Shown here: piece after piece, positions 28,417 to 38,334 of the stretch
Layout: each line of letters opens with the position of its first letter
How positions within the stretch are numbered: position 1 is the first letter of the stretch
Assembly (NCBI GenBank): GCA_021205185.1
Contig: JAJPYB010000011.1
Span: 33,990-97,989 of the forward strand
Origin: Ruminococcus sp.
GTDB lineage: Bacteria; Bacillota; Clostridia; Oscillospirales; Ruminococcaceae
Direction of reading: 5' to 3'
Length of the DNA: 64,000 bases
The notes under the pieces: generated by a model
Told to the model about the DNA's origin: nothing
The model's input: the letters and a program-made list of their open reading frames with translations, nothing else
Database searches by the model: none
Program-made: the position numbers and the translations under genes

Positions 28417-29465
28417 TCTTTTCTGTTTTTAATAATGTTTTCACTTTTGAATAAAGAAGATATATCAATAATGGGACAACAATCCCGACTATAGTGTAGC
28501 AAATCCACCAGCCGCCATTTGAGTATAAATACCCATGTGTTTCTAAGGCTTCAATAGGCTCTTTATATATCAATATCTGTAACACAGTAACAAGTTTAAA
28601 AGCTGCGAAGTGAAACATTACAATTGGAAGAGTGTGCTTACCCATATATGAAAGTCCCGAAGCTAACGGTGTTCTGCCAAGAAGACATCCGACCGCATAA
28701 CACATAGCTGTTCCTGAAATAGAGCATATGATAAAGTACAACGGATTAACCAGCCTATTCATATTGATCGATAAGTCTCCAAACATATGCATTATACTAA
28801 TTATAATCGCACCAACAAGCATAATGATAACAGAATTACGTACTGACAAGTTTCTCTGCACTCCACTCTTCTTTGCAACAAATCCAATCTGAAATAGAAT
28901 CAATACCGAGAATATATTTCCGTACTTTCCAATTGGACTATAATACAATAACCATCCAACGAGTAAGCATATGAAGCAAATAAACGTCTTCATAACTTCC
29001 TTCTTTTTGAAACACTTCGTGCAAAACCAATCAATTACAGCATATAAAATCGTGGCACAGAACATTGTTCTTAAAAACCACATTGCTCCACTTAAACTTT
29101 CTCCACCTGAAAAGAAAAAACACTTGAGCAAACCGGTTAAAATCTGCTTTACACTGTACCCCCCCCCCGCCGGTAATATGCAGCATATTAAGCGGATTAT
29201 GTAGAAGAACAACCGCCGAATTAAATAGCACGCAAGGGACATATAGCGACTTAATTCTCGATATAACTAACCCTTTCAAAGATGCAAAATCTTTAGAGTG
29301 CCTTTCGCTATAGCAAAATCCTGCTATAACAAAGAATACAGCCATATGAAACTGGTAAATCCACCTTGTATATACAAACCCGCTGTGCCCGATCACCATT
29401 AGAATTATTCCAACAGCTTTAGTAATATCAATTGTTCTATTTCTTTCCATCTTTTGTTTCCTCAC
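28400..29465 (-). CDS. acyltransferase family 3 (AT3) O-acyltransferase 2, frameshifted at a G10 tract
   Basis: The N-terminal piece reads RNRTIDITKAVGIILMVIGHS...FHMAVFFVIAGF. The membrane-domain frame continues (GGGYSVKQILTGLL...) if the tract is G9 or G12. Confidence 0.75.
29159..29168 (-). repeat. homopolymeric G10 tract (C10 on the plus strand)
   Basis: Read directly: ctgta-cccccccccc-gccgg. It coincides with the AT3-2 frame break. Confidence 0.95.
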
Positions 29466-30547
29466 ACCTCATCTAATCTTGAAAGGGCCATAACTAACCA
29501 ATCCCTTGATTCATCACGATGTGTTGCAATCTTATTGTTAATGACCTCATAATCCAGTGTATCAAAATCCTCGTTATTATATATACCGCTCTTAATTTCT
29601 CTACCCTTAATGCAAAAACGACTAAGCATATCCTCCACGCGAAGATTGCGTCCTTTTTTATCATGATCCAATTCAACAAAGAATTCTTTTGCAAAAATGA
29701 GCGACATTGCAGTTCCGTGAAACGAGTTAGTAACTACATAATCTGCATTCATAAAATAACCTACCGCAGCGTCTGGTGCTAAAGCATCCAGATAAATTCC
29801 ACGACCCTTTTTTTTAAATCCAGAATTGAGAAAAGCAACCTGCTTTCCTGTCTTAGCGGCAAGACTATGGGCAAAGTCAGACAATCTCTCAGAATATCCT
29901 ACGGAAAACACTAATATGTAATTCTCCTGTCCAACTGTACCCGCAAACTCTTTCCACTGCCTCTCTGCAAGCAAGAATGTTGGATCTAACACGATTGCGG
30001 GTTCCCTGCCAGAAATTTTCTTAACAAAATGCGCTGTTTGTTCATCTCTGACGGATATTTCATCAAAACGCAAAAGATCCTCCCTAACGTTATCTAATTG
30101 CGCTTCTGAAGGGAAAAATTTATCAGAGCAGGCGGCATATGATATTCGTCTGTTAGTACCATCTACAAAGTCAAGATAATATCTCCTATCATTTCCTGTT
30201 ATTGAATAATTCCATATCTGATCACTCCCAGTAATAAATATATCATATTCTTTATTTACTCGGTTTACATCAAAGTCAGCCGGTTGAAGCTTATCATCAA
30301 CGCAATCTTTAAATGAATCCCATTTTTTTCTCCGTGAGGAATACAAAAGTAAATCGAGCGGGAAATATTTTAGTGGTTTTATGCGTATAGTTGGATAATA
30401 AACACCCTCGATTTTATTGCTTCTGTAATCTATAATATCTACAGTGTATCCCAAAGATTTCAGCGCCTCCTTTAAGGCATATGCTTGGAAAAAGGCACCG
30501 TAATTAACTGCTCTATGAAAAGTTATAATTCCTATATGTTTCATCAA
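29462..30547 (-). CDS. polysaccharide pyruvyl transferase 2
   Basis: 361 aa with an N-terminus IGIITFHRAVNYGAFFQAYAL typical of the family. Confidence 0.8.
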   Translation of the reverse strand: MMKHIGIITFHRAVNYGAFFQAYALKEALKSLGYTVDIIDYRSNKIEGVYYPTIRIKPLKYFPLDLLLYSSRRKKWDSFKDCVDDKLQPADFDVNRVNKEYDIFITGSDQIWNYSITGNDRRYYLDFVDGTNRRISYAACSDKFFPSEAQLDNVREDLLRFDEISVRDEQTAHFVKKISGREPAIVLDPTFLLAERQWKEFAGTVGQENYILVFSVGYSERLSDFAHSLAAKTGKQVAFLNSGFKKKGRGIYLDALAPDAAVGYFMNADYVVTNSFHGTAMSLIFAKEFFVELDHDKKGRNLRVEDMLSRFCIKGREIKSGIYNNEDFDTLDYEVINNKIATHRDESRDWLVMALSRLDEV

Positions 30548-30562
30548 TCCTCAACCTCGTGA

Positions 30563-31540
30563 TTATTTAAACCTGAACAATATTCTACAGACAATCACCG
30601 TCAATGCAGGTATGCGCAGTATAAATAGGAGATTGTAAATATAGTCTATCTTACTGTTGCACATATAATTAATGCTATACGGCTTAGTGGATGAATCGCT
30701 ATATATGCGTCCAACGTACTCACACTGGTCATTAAAGTCTTTTATCGGGCTTCCTTTTCTGAAAATATTTCTTATCCTCATTCTAGCAGCAGATAAATTT
30801 GGATTGGGACACCATTGCATATAACGCTTCTTATATGTTGGGAATCGATAAAACACTTCTTTTCGCATTTCTTGTTTTTTCTTAATGGCATCATCTAAGT
30901 CTTTAACAAATTTTCTCGAAAGTGATGATTCATCATCAATAGAGTATAAATACACAAACTTATTTGTAGCCAGACAGCTTTTTATGTATCTGCAATAACT
31001 CAAGACAAATAACGAATCCTCGCCATAACATAAATCAGTATCAAAAATAATGTCGTGTTCTTTTATAATACTCTTTCTGAAAAATTTACCCCAAACATAA
31101 GCTAAATTACATACCGCTAATAATTCTCCTATTTCTCCATTTTGATTACTAAAGCCTTCTCGACTATATAAATGTTCTTTTATATCCATATTATGGATGT
31201 CATTATATCTGCAAATAATAATATCAGGAGTTTCTTTGCAATTTAATGCATTCATAAATCCCGGTTCTACCTTATCATCTGCATCGACAAACAAAATATA
31301 TTCTCCTCGTGCATTCTGCACACCGATATTTCGTGCCGCGGATACGCCTTTATTCTGCTGGTTAATAAGAAACACGCATTCATTCTCTGCGGAAAGCTTT
31401 TCACAAATATTCCTGGAGTTGTCTAAACTACCGTCATTAACAAGAATTATTTCAATGTCGCTAGCACCCAAAAGGCTATTTACGCAGGCTTCTATTGTTT
31501 TATCTGCATTGTACACAGGAATAACAACACTACATTTCAT
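30563..31540 (-). CDS. glycosyltransferase family 2
   Basis: 325 aa with VVIPVYN...NDGS.D.S...DADD motifs. Confidence 0.85.
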   Translation of the reverse strand: MKCSVVIPVYNADKTIEACVNSLLGASDIEIILVNDGSLDNSRNICEKLSAENECVFLINQQNKGVSAARNIGVQNARGEYILFVDADDKVEPGFMNALNCKETPDIIICRYNDIHNMDIKEHLYSREGFSNQNGEIGELLAVCNLAYVWGKFFRKSIIKEHDIIFDTDLCYGEDSLFVLSYCRYIKSCLATNKFVYLYSIDDESSLSRKFVKDLDDAIKKKQEMRKEVFYRFPTYKKRYMQWCPNPNLSAARMRIRNIFRKGSPIKDFNDQCEYVGRIYSDSSTKPYSINYMCNSKIDYIYNLLFILRIPALTVIVCRILFRFK

Positions 31541-31571
31541 ATATTGCTCACCAAAATTTTATCAATTTATC

Positions 31572-32510
31572 CTAAACATCCAACTTTATCCACGCATCAG
31601 GAAGTGAAAACTCCCATTTTCCTATATTATTAATCCTGCAGTAGCGTGGTGCTATAACTATCCTGTTTGTCTGATTTCCCAAAAAAGCTCCCCAAAAAGA
31701 GAATGTACTATTAGAAATAATATTGTGTGAGCATAGAGACATCATAATCATGTCAATATTGCTTTGTGTTTTGTCATGAATAACGACTTCTTTATTATTT
31801 AGAAATTCAAATTCTCTCTTCATAAACTCAGGTTCATCAGAAAAAATAAAATATTTTACGTCTGTTCCTATGATCGATTCCATTCTTTTGATGGCTTCGA
31901 TATAATACTCTTTGTGGCATATATTAAACTGCGAATTGTCGTATATAAAGTCTCCTCTTCTAACATGTATACTGACCGATTTTTCACTTTTAATTTTTTC
32001 GATAAGTCTGTAGTCAGTATCTTTCAAATGAGGTTCTCTGAAAACAAAAGAACCTCTAACAATATCCTCATACCCTCTAAAATATGATATGTCCTGCCAC
32101 ATTCCGCGAAAATACCAGTCAAATTCCGTATTAAGATGGAAGATCACCCCCCCATATCCGCGATCTGTTATGGTTCTTTGCCTTTTTTTACGTGAAAATA
32201 ATGTTTTAAAGTCTTTATACACAAACTGCCATCTGTGAGCCACTGAATTTCTAATCTTAAAAGGCAATCTGTTAAAATTGTTTCCCGGAACAAAACCACA
32301 GCTAATCTTTTTTATCTCTTTATTTGTTGCGTATTCAAGTGTAGTATCAAATACAGATTCAATTTCAAAGCCATTGTGTTCTTCTATCATTGAATAATGC
32401 GTTATATCTGCTTTGATTTCAGTATTGGGATACAACTCACGCAAAAGACTCTGCAAAGCATACTGATACATTTGGTTACCCAATCCTCCACTATATTTTA
32501 CAATAAACAT
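31572..32510 (-). CDS. glycosyltransferase family 11 (alpha-1,2-fucosyltransferase-like), intact, containing an in-frame G7 tract
   Basis: 312 aa with GGLGNQMYQYA and HVRRGDF motifs. Confidence 0.8.
   Translation of the reverse strand: MFIVKYSGGLGNQMYQYALQSLLRELYPNTEIKADITHYSMIEEHNGFEIESVFDTTLEYATNKEIKKISCGFVPGNNFNRLPFKIRNSVAHRWQFVYKDFKTLFSRKKRQRTITDRGYGGVIFHLNTEFDWYFRGMWQDISYFRGYEDIVRGSFVFREPHLKDTDYRLIEKIKSEKSVSIHVRRGDFIYDNSQFNICHKEYYIEAIKRMESIIGTDVKYFIFSDEPEFMKREFEFLNNKEVVIHDKTQSNIDMIMMSLCSHNIISNSTFSFWGAFLGNQTNRIVIAPRYCRINNIGKWEFSLPDAWIKLDV
32147..32153 (-). repeat. homopolymeric G7 tract (C7 on the plus strand), in frame (..GYGGVIF..)
   Basis: Read directly: gatca-ccccccc-atatc. Confidence 0.95.
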
Positions 32511-32526
32511 AGTTAATGCTCCTATT

Positions 32527-33348
32527 CTAAATGAAAATTCTACTAATGCAGATTGGCAAAACGCAGCAAAGCCATTGATTAAAGCAATTTTTAAACTTCA
32601 TTCTCCCGCTTCTGTGCAAAACTATCATAGGCTTATAGTCATCAGCTACGTTAGCAAAACGATAAATATACTTTCCTTTTCCATATTTCTCCGGCAGTAC
32701 ACCATACTGTGTAGGATCTTTATGGGACTTTATGTTTTCTTTTTTTACAAGAAGGCTTAATATTGACTGATCCTCTCTATGGGCAACAAATGTAACATCA
32801 ATACCTTCCCCGATTATATCGGAAGCTATGTTGTCAACATCGCAGCAATAGCTTAAAAATTTATTCATTAGTTCAACCGACCTTCTTGATTTTTTCAATC
32901 CAATTATTGATGCTTGTATCTGACTGCTTTCTGTATATTTATCGTCAAAGCAATCCATAATCTCGAACGTCCGCTTCTTAGTAAACTGTTTTTCCACTAA
33001 CGGATTGGAAACAACATAAATGTCTTCTTTATTAAGCACTTCAAATATTGGATTAGCCGAGCGACACCAAAAAGCTCCGGAATCCAGATATACCAATATG
33101 TCTCCGTCCTGCATCTTATTCAATGTTTTAAGAATCAGATACGGCTTCCACAACCAAAGACCATTCCCTCTTTTGTAGGCAAAAATATCCTTGTATTTAT
33201 TTCTGAATTCTTCATCAACATCGTCTGGTCCGTATTCTATCACTTCATCAAAACCTGCGATATGCTTGCTTGTCCATGTATTTGCTTTCTGAGCCTTTCT
33301 AAATGCCTCATTAGCATAGTTTATTAAAACTTTTCTGGGTGTAGCCAT
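32527..33348 (-). CDS. hypothetical protein; possible uncharacterised glycosyltransferase
   Basis: The ATG at 33348 has an AAAGGAG SD. 273 aa and soluble. The assignment rests only on its position in the glycan locus. Confidence 0.4.
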   Translation of the reverse strand: MATPRKVLINYANEAFRKAQKANTWTSKHIAGFDEVIEYGPDDVDEEFRNKYKDIFAYKRGNGLWLWKPYLILKTLNKMQDGDILVYLDSGAFWCRSANPIFEVLNKEDIYVVSNPLVEKQFTKKRTFEIMDCFDDKYTESSQIQASIIGLKKSRRSVELMNKFLSYCCDVDNIASDIIGEGIDVTFVAHREDQSILSLLVKKENIKSHKDPTQYGVLPEKYGKGKYIYRFANVADDYKPMIVLHRSGRMKFKNCFNQWLCCVLPICISRIFI

Positions 33349-33474
33349 AATCAATCTCCTTTTACTCCGCATATTTCAGCGATATTATGCTTGATTGGCT
33401 TCAAGGTTCTGGTATAAGCACAGAAACGAATGAATATTAAAGAATGTAGTCTTTCAGAGAATTCTACTTATCCC

Positions 33475-34024
33475 TCATAACTCCCGAATAAATCTTGCAG
33501 GATTTCCTGCCCATATTTCATTATCCGGTACATTCTTCGTGACTACTGAACCTGCACCAATTACAGAATGTTTCCCAATGTTTACCCCTTTTAGAATAAT
33601 GCTTCTTGCTCCTATAAAAGCTCCTTCGCCAATAAATATAGGTGCAGTCTTTACATGAGAATCTGGTTTCTCAATACGATAAGCATATTCAATAGAGTGA
33701 AAATCTGTATCACATATCATGCAGTTTGAGCCAATCAAAACATTATCTTCAATTACAATATTTTCAAATGCAGTAATTGCACTGTGGCTGATTCCTACAT
33801 GATTGCCAATTTCGATACCCCCCCCCACGCTCTGCTCGAAGGTGGGTACGGTTGCAGCCCGCTACAGGATTCACATTGGGTGATGAGTGAATTGACACAT
33901 CATCTCCAAGTGTAATTTTGCCAGAGCCATGAATAGCTATAAGCCCTGTAATTGACAGGTTACTTCCGTATGTTACTCTTTTTCTTTTCAACATTAGATT
34001 GTTGTAAATTCTGCTTAAAATCAT
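33475..34024 (-). CDS. hexapeptide-repeat acetyltransferase, split (33764-34024 and 33475-33828) at a G9 tract
   Basis: Both halves carry LbH repeats (ITGLIAIHGSGKITLGDDVSI; IEIGNHVGISHSAI..IGSNCMI..IGARSIILKGVNIGKHSVIGAGSVV). G8 or G11 joins them (..RAERGG-GIEIGNHVG..). Confidence 0.75.
33818..33826 (-). repeat. homopolymeric G9 tract (C9 on the plus strand)
   Basis: Read directly: cgata-ccccccccc-acgc. It coincides with the frame break. Confidence 0.95.
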
Positions 34025-34068
34025 TGCTATTTTCTCCCATTATTGTCATTGTGTACCTACTCAAAGGC

Positions 34069-34265
34069 TTACTTCTTCACAATTTTCCTAACCGCATGCT
34101 TATGTAATGCACGGATTAAGTCAGAAGCGTAGTCACACGCTTCATAGGCGCAAAAACCGTCAACAAGATATAACGGAAACGGATATAGCGATCTCCTAAT
34201 TCAAGTTGATGAAATCCAATACCGTAATCGCAGATATTGAAGTCCGGAGCCAAGTTTTCTGCCAT
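34069..34265 (-). pseudogene. remnant of a GT10 (alpha-1,3/4-fucosyltransferase-like) gene
   Basis: My translation ENLAPDFNICDYGIGFHQLELGDRYIRF(frameshift)PLYLVDGF resembles the Helicobacter FutA segment NFNLFDYAIGFDELDFNDRYLRMPLYY. It is only ~65 aa, frameshifted, and has no catalytic C-domain. Confidence 0.45.
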
Positions 34266-34438
34266 ATAAAATTCTAGGTCAAGAATACACAAAGTATTCT
34301 TTAGACAATACCGAATACAAGAGGGAATCTAGGTTGTTTGAATTCTCGATCTTGTATTTTTTCTCAATATATTAACTATAAATTATCATCCAGGGTCAAA
34401 TCTGCTACCCATACCTGAAAACTTAATTCTTATTTGTC

Positions 34439-35710
34439 TCATTTTGGCTTTATACTCCATTTAAAATTCAGATTGCTCTCACTGGTAGAACTATGATTAC
34501 CTAAACAGTTAAATGCCACATAAATTAATATCACCACAGGCACAAACTTATATTGCCCATAACAAACTCCAGAATAAATGTTATATGTTATTCCTATAAT
34601 GGCGAAATATTGTGCGTATTTTAGTGATAAACTGTCTGTTCTCCTAAGTATGATCCTCACGGGTATAATCAACTGGACTATTAAATACCATATACCACCA
34701 AATATCCCAAGGTCGATGAAAGCCTCAAGGTATGGCACATCCATCCAATAGTAAGCATAACCATGTCCAAAAAGTTGCTGAAACAATGTACCGCTATTAA
34801 AAATCTCAGGAAATTCGCTAATCATTGCATTTCTACTGCTCGCGGCAGCATCTGTTCCACTACTCGTATTTCCAAAATAAGTATTCACGCCAAGAGTTAG
34901 CTTATCCAAATAATTCTCAATAAGTTCTCCGAAACCGGGTATTAATCTCATCGCTATCCATAGAGCAAGAATCGCTAATAATAGACTCCCAATTACCCTG
35001 AAAAGCATCTGCGAACTAATCTTCAAGGAAGCGCTCTGCCATAAATGATAAAAAAAGATTATTATCAAGGCTACCATTAATCCACGTCTGGTGCACGCCA
35101 TCACATCATAAAATGCAACAATCGCAAATACTATCTTAAGGAACTGCAAAAAGTAATTTTTAGTATGGAAGAGCAACATTGAACACAAGTAGTAAAAAGC
35201 AATTACTGAAAGGCTCAGTCTATCAGCGCCAGAAGATAAATATTGTATTGTTCCTCCAAAATTAGTGAATTTATCAGTAACTAAATAAAACAAAAATACT
35301 GAAAATATACCTGTCGACGCCCACGTAAATGCTACGATGAATTCCCCATCTATTTCCCTGGTGTTTGTCATCAAGGCCAAAATAAATACAATTGTATACA
35401 GCGTGTAGATTGTACCTGTGCCTGAAGCCCACATGCTTGCGCCTGAAACTACAGCGAGTATTGCTACATATACATTATATCCTAATGTTATATTCATCTG
35501 CCAGCCATGCAGTGGCAAGCACCCCGATAATAATTTTGAATAATCTGGAATCAACACGAGACTCAGGAAAAAAATAACATTTGTCAAATCAATAGTTAAG
35601 CCCGTCATTGATTTAATAATTATGGAGAACTGTATCCCTGCCAAAGCAAGAACTAACCCAATTTCTAGCCTATGTTCTTTCAGACTGCTTATCATATCGA
35701 TTCTCCTCAA
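34439..35710 (-). CDS. wzy: Wzy-type polymerase / O-antigen-ligase-like polytopic membrane protein
   Basis: 423 aa with about 10-12 TM helices and a larger loop late in the protein. The call rests on context with Wzx and the priming transferase. Confidence 0.6.
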   Translation of the reverse strand: MRRIDMISSLKEHRLEIGLVLALAGIQFSIIIKSMTGLTIDLTNVIFFLSLVLIPDYSKLLSGCLPLHGWQMNITLGYNVYVAILAVVSGASMWASGTGTIYTLYTIVFILALMTNTREIDGEFIVAFTWASTGIFSVFLFYLVTDKFTNFGGTIQYLSSGADRLSLSVIAFYYLCSMLLFHTKNYFLQFLKIVFAIVAFYDVMACTRRGLMVALIIIFFYHLWQSASLKISSQMLFRVIGSLLLAILALWIAMRLIPGFGELIENYLDKLTLGVNTYFGNTSSGTDAAASSRNAMISEFPEIFNSGTLFQQLFGHGYAYYWMDVPYLEAFIDLGIFGGIWYLIVQLIIPVRIILRRTDSLSLKYAQYFAIIGITYNIYSGVCYGQYKFVPVVILIYVAFNCLGNHSSTSESNLNFKWSIKPK

Positions 35711-35725
35711 TCCCAGACATAATCA

Positions 35726-35992
35726 TCATTCAATATATTTCTCAGCTATCTTCTTATATGAAAAGGTCTCCATACCTTTCTCTTCTGCAACACGTTTCAT
35801 TTCTTCGTACTCGCCTGATTCCTTTAAAATACTTAATATTTTCTCATGTATCTCATACACACTATCCTTATAAAGGAACTCAACACTTCCTCCAAGAACA
35901 ACATATGTGGTTCCTTCCCAACATTTACATAACATTGGAATACCTTGTCCCGCAACCTGCTCCCTCAACAACCAGTTTGTCATAATTGAATG
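35726..35992 (-). pseudogene. orphan C-terminal fragment of a GT4 glycosyltransferase (duplicate of the 3' end of 38335-39492)
   Basis: REQVAGQGIPMLCKCWEGTTYVVLGGSVEFLYKDS...AEEKGMETFSYKKIAEKYIE compares with WEQVAGLGIPMICKYWEGTTHIDLGGNVEFLHKDS...AEEKGMETFSYRKIAERCIE. The upstream part of track ORF 35726-36205 is antisense read-through into the epimerase gene. Confidence 0.75.
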
Positions 35993-36020
35993 AGAGAGCA
36001 ATGATGTTATCAGACCCACT

Positions 36021-37019
36021 TTACTTCTGATTATTAATTTGTTTCTCAATCCAATTGTACGATTCCAGCAATCCTTGCTCCAAAGAAACAGTTGGCTCCC
36101 ACCCAAGAACAGCTTTTGCTTTGCTGTAATCTGCACAACGAGCTTTATCGCCCTCTGGCTTAGAAGTATCAAAGAACGGCTTAATGTCCTTACCAGAGAT
36201 TTCAATCACCTTATATGCAATTTCCTTGATTGAAGTACAATAAGATGGCCCTATCTGGATGATTCCCTGACCCCATCCTTTTTCCAGAGCAAGCACAAGA
36301 GCATTGACAATATCATTCACATGGATAAAAGCACGACCCTGTTCGCCACTACCCCAAACATTAAACGGCTCAGCTGGGTGATTAACAGCTTTGCGAATGA
36401 GTGCAGGGATAACCTGGCTTCTCTCGCCAAAGTCAGTAGGTGTCCCATAGACATTGTGTAACATTAGTATGCTGCACGGGATTTCAGTTTCCTTCTCCAA
36501 GTATCCCATTTCCAACTGTCCCATCAGCTTGCTCCAGCCATAAGCAGATTCAGGCATTGCAGGGAAAAGTTCATCTTCACGCAACGGCTCAGGATTCAGC
36601 GTATTCTGACGTGTCAATGGAAAGCTACACACCGTACCAACATACAACAGACCCTTTATTTTTTCCCTTCCTGCCTTTCTGCAGCAGTCAAAAACATTTG
36701 AATTAATCAAGTTGTTGATGCGAAAGAGTTCTCCCTGATTCTTAAACACATAATCAATTCCAGCAACGACATCTGCCAGATGAACGACATAATCTGTCAT
36801 CCCGATCACTTCTTTGGTTTCCTCATAATTTGTGAGGTCATTCTTAAAAAAATGGGTATCAATATCAATTACAGGTCGTCCATTGTCGTCGTAAAGATTC
36901 TCAACCTTTCCACGCCAGAGATTATCTGCCACGTAGACATCCCAACCCTCTTTTACAAGGCGCTTTACAAGATTAGAACCAATCATGCCACATCCGCCTG
37001 TTACCATTATGCTTTTCAT
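36021..37019 (-). CDS. NAD-dependent nucleotide-sugar epimerase/dehydratase (extended SDR)
   Basis: 332 aa with TGGCGMIGSNL (GxxGxxG) and catalytic YGWSK (YxxxK). Confidence 0.8.
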   Translation of the reverse strand: MKSIMVTGGCGMIGSNLVKRLVKEGWDVYVADNLWRGKVENLYDDNGRPVIDIDTHFFKNDLTNYEETKEVIGMTDYVVHLADVVAGIDYVFKNQGELFRINNLINSNVFDCCRKAGREKIKGLLYVGTVCSFPLTRQNTLNPEPLREDELFPAMPESAYGWSKLMGQLEMGYLEKETEIPCSILMLHNVYGTPTDFGERSQVIPALIRKAVNHPAEPFNVWGSGEQGRAFIHVNDIVNALVLALEKGWGQGIIQIGPSYCTSIKEIAYKVIEISGKDIKPFFDTSKPEGDKARCADYSKAKAVLGWEPTVSLEQGLLESYNWIEKQINNQK

Positions 37020-37079
37020 CGTTAAAGTCCTCCTATATTTGAACTCAATTTATAATAAATGCACAATATGGAAGCGCAT

Positions 37080-38147
37080 TTAATGACAGTTAATGTCTAA
37101 CACACTCCTGTAAATTTCTATGTTCCTTTCTGTGAAGACATCCGGATCAATCTCTCTTCTGAAGTTTTCTGCCTTGTCGCTGATTTTCAAATCAGAAGCC
37201 AGTACTTCGTCAAGAACTCTGGCAAGGTCGTCTGTGTCTTCAGTTACAAATGTCCTACCAAGTTCGTGCTCTCTAATAGCGTTTCCTAACGTTCCGTGCT
37301 CTGAACCAACAACATATTTATGATTCCACACAGCCTCCATCATCGGGCCACTAGCGGCATCAAATCCTTTTCTGTATGGCAACACAACAATATCTGTTGC
37401 TGCCAGCGCCAACATATAGTCCTCGTCTGGTAGCATTCCAGCTCTAAATTTTACACAGTCAGAATAATTTTTCGTGTGTTCGTCAATATAGTCAAGATTA
37501 ACATCTTCGCCAGCTCTGGTTATATATAAATAGAAAGGTTGTGATACTTTACTAAGCGCATCAATGAGTAAGTCTGTTCCTTTAGCCTTAGATGCAGCAC
37601 CAAAAACAGTAATCAGTTTTTTATCAAGCGGAACGCCTATCTTCTTTTTTGCATCAGATTGACTAATGTTAACACTTGGAAAAAAACATGGATATTGAAG
37701 ATTGCTCACGTTCTTAATCTTCATCTTTCTAAGATGATTCTCTATCAATTCAGTATGTACAAAACCGAAATCAATCTTTTTGAAAATGCGATTAATGGAT
37801 ACTTCTCGGATAAAACTGAACGGCATACGATGAAATGTAACAACAATAGGCTTTTCTATCCGTGAAAGGTACATTCCAAAAAAACGATAAAGCACATCAC
37901 CACACAAAAAATGTACTACATCTACATTCTCTTTTTTTGCAATTTGACTAATTTCATTGATCCAAAGCTTATATCGTCCAAGCGTATCCTTAGCATGCAT
38001 CTGAATTTCTGAAACAAATTGTTTGTTTTGAATACCATCATCTATAGAAGGGCACAGTATTATATTTTCGGCATTTACACTAGACAATTGTTCTAAGTAT
38101 TTTTTTCTATGACCGCCCCACGAAATCTCAACATACAGTATTTTCAC
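37080..38147 (-). CDS. glycosyltransferase family 4 (GT-B, group 1)
   Basis: 355 aa. The C-terminal half has the typical GT4 nucleotide-binding region (VVLPYRKGFDAASGPMMEAV..VVGSEHG). Confidence 0.7.
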   Translation of the reverse strand: MKILYVEISWGGHRKKYLEQLSSVNAENIILCPSIDDGIQNKQFVSEIQMHAKDTLGRYKLWINEISQIAKKENVDVVHFLCGDVLYRFFGMYLSRIEKPIVVTFHRMPFSFIREVSINRIFKKIDFGFVHTELIENHLRKMKIKNVSNLQYPCFFPSVNISQSDAKKKIGVPLDKKLITVFGAASKAKGTDLLIDALSKVSQPFYLYITRAGEDVNLDYIDEHTKNYSDCVKFRAGMLPDEDYMLALAATDIVVLPYRKGFDAASGPMMEAVWNHKYVVGSEHGTLGNAIREHELGRTFVTEDTDDLARVLDEVLASDLKISDKAENFRREIDPDVFTERNIEIYRSVLDINCH

Positions 38148-38334
38148 AACAACTACCTCGCCTTCATTCTAACTAATTTTCTTGCTTAGCTGTAAAATTC
38201 TCTTCGTTATCTAAGTTGTCAAAATTTCCTGAAAAAATAGTTCCAAATAATATCCACATAAACATTGGGAATAAGTTTGTTATATTACGCAAGTAGACCT
38301 CGCCTAGTGATCTAATTAAAAAGGCACATAATCA

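Noticed and set aside
35726-36205. 159-aa ORF overlapping the epimerase gene.
   Set aside because: Only the C-terminal ~88 aa (35726-35992) are homologous to anything (the GT4 C-terminus). The N-terminal part is out-of-frame read-through on the same strand across the 3' end of 36021-37019.
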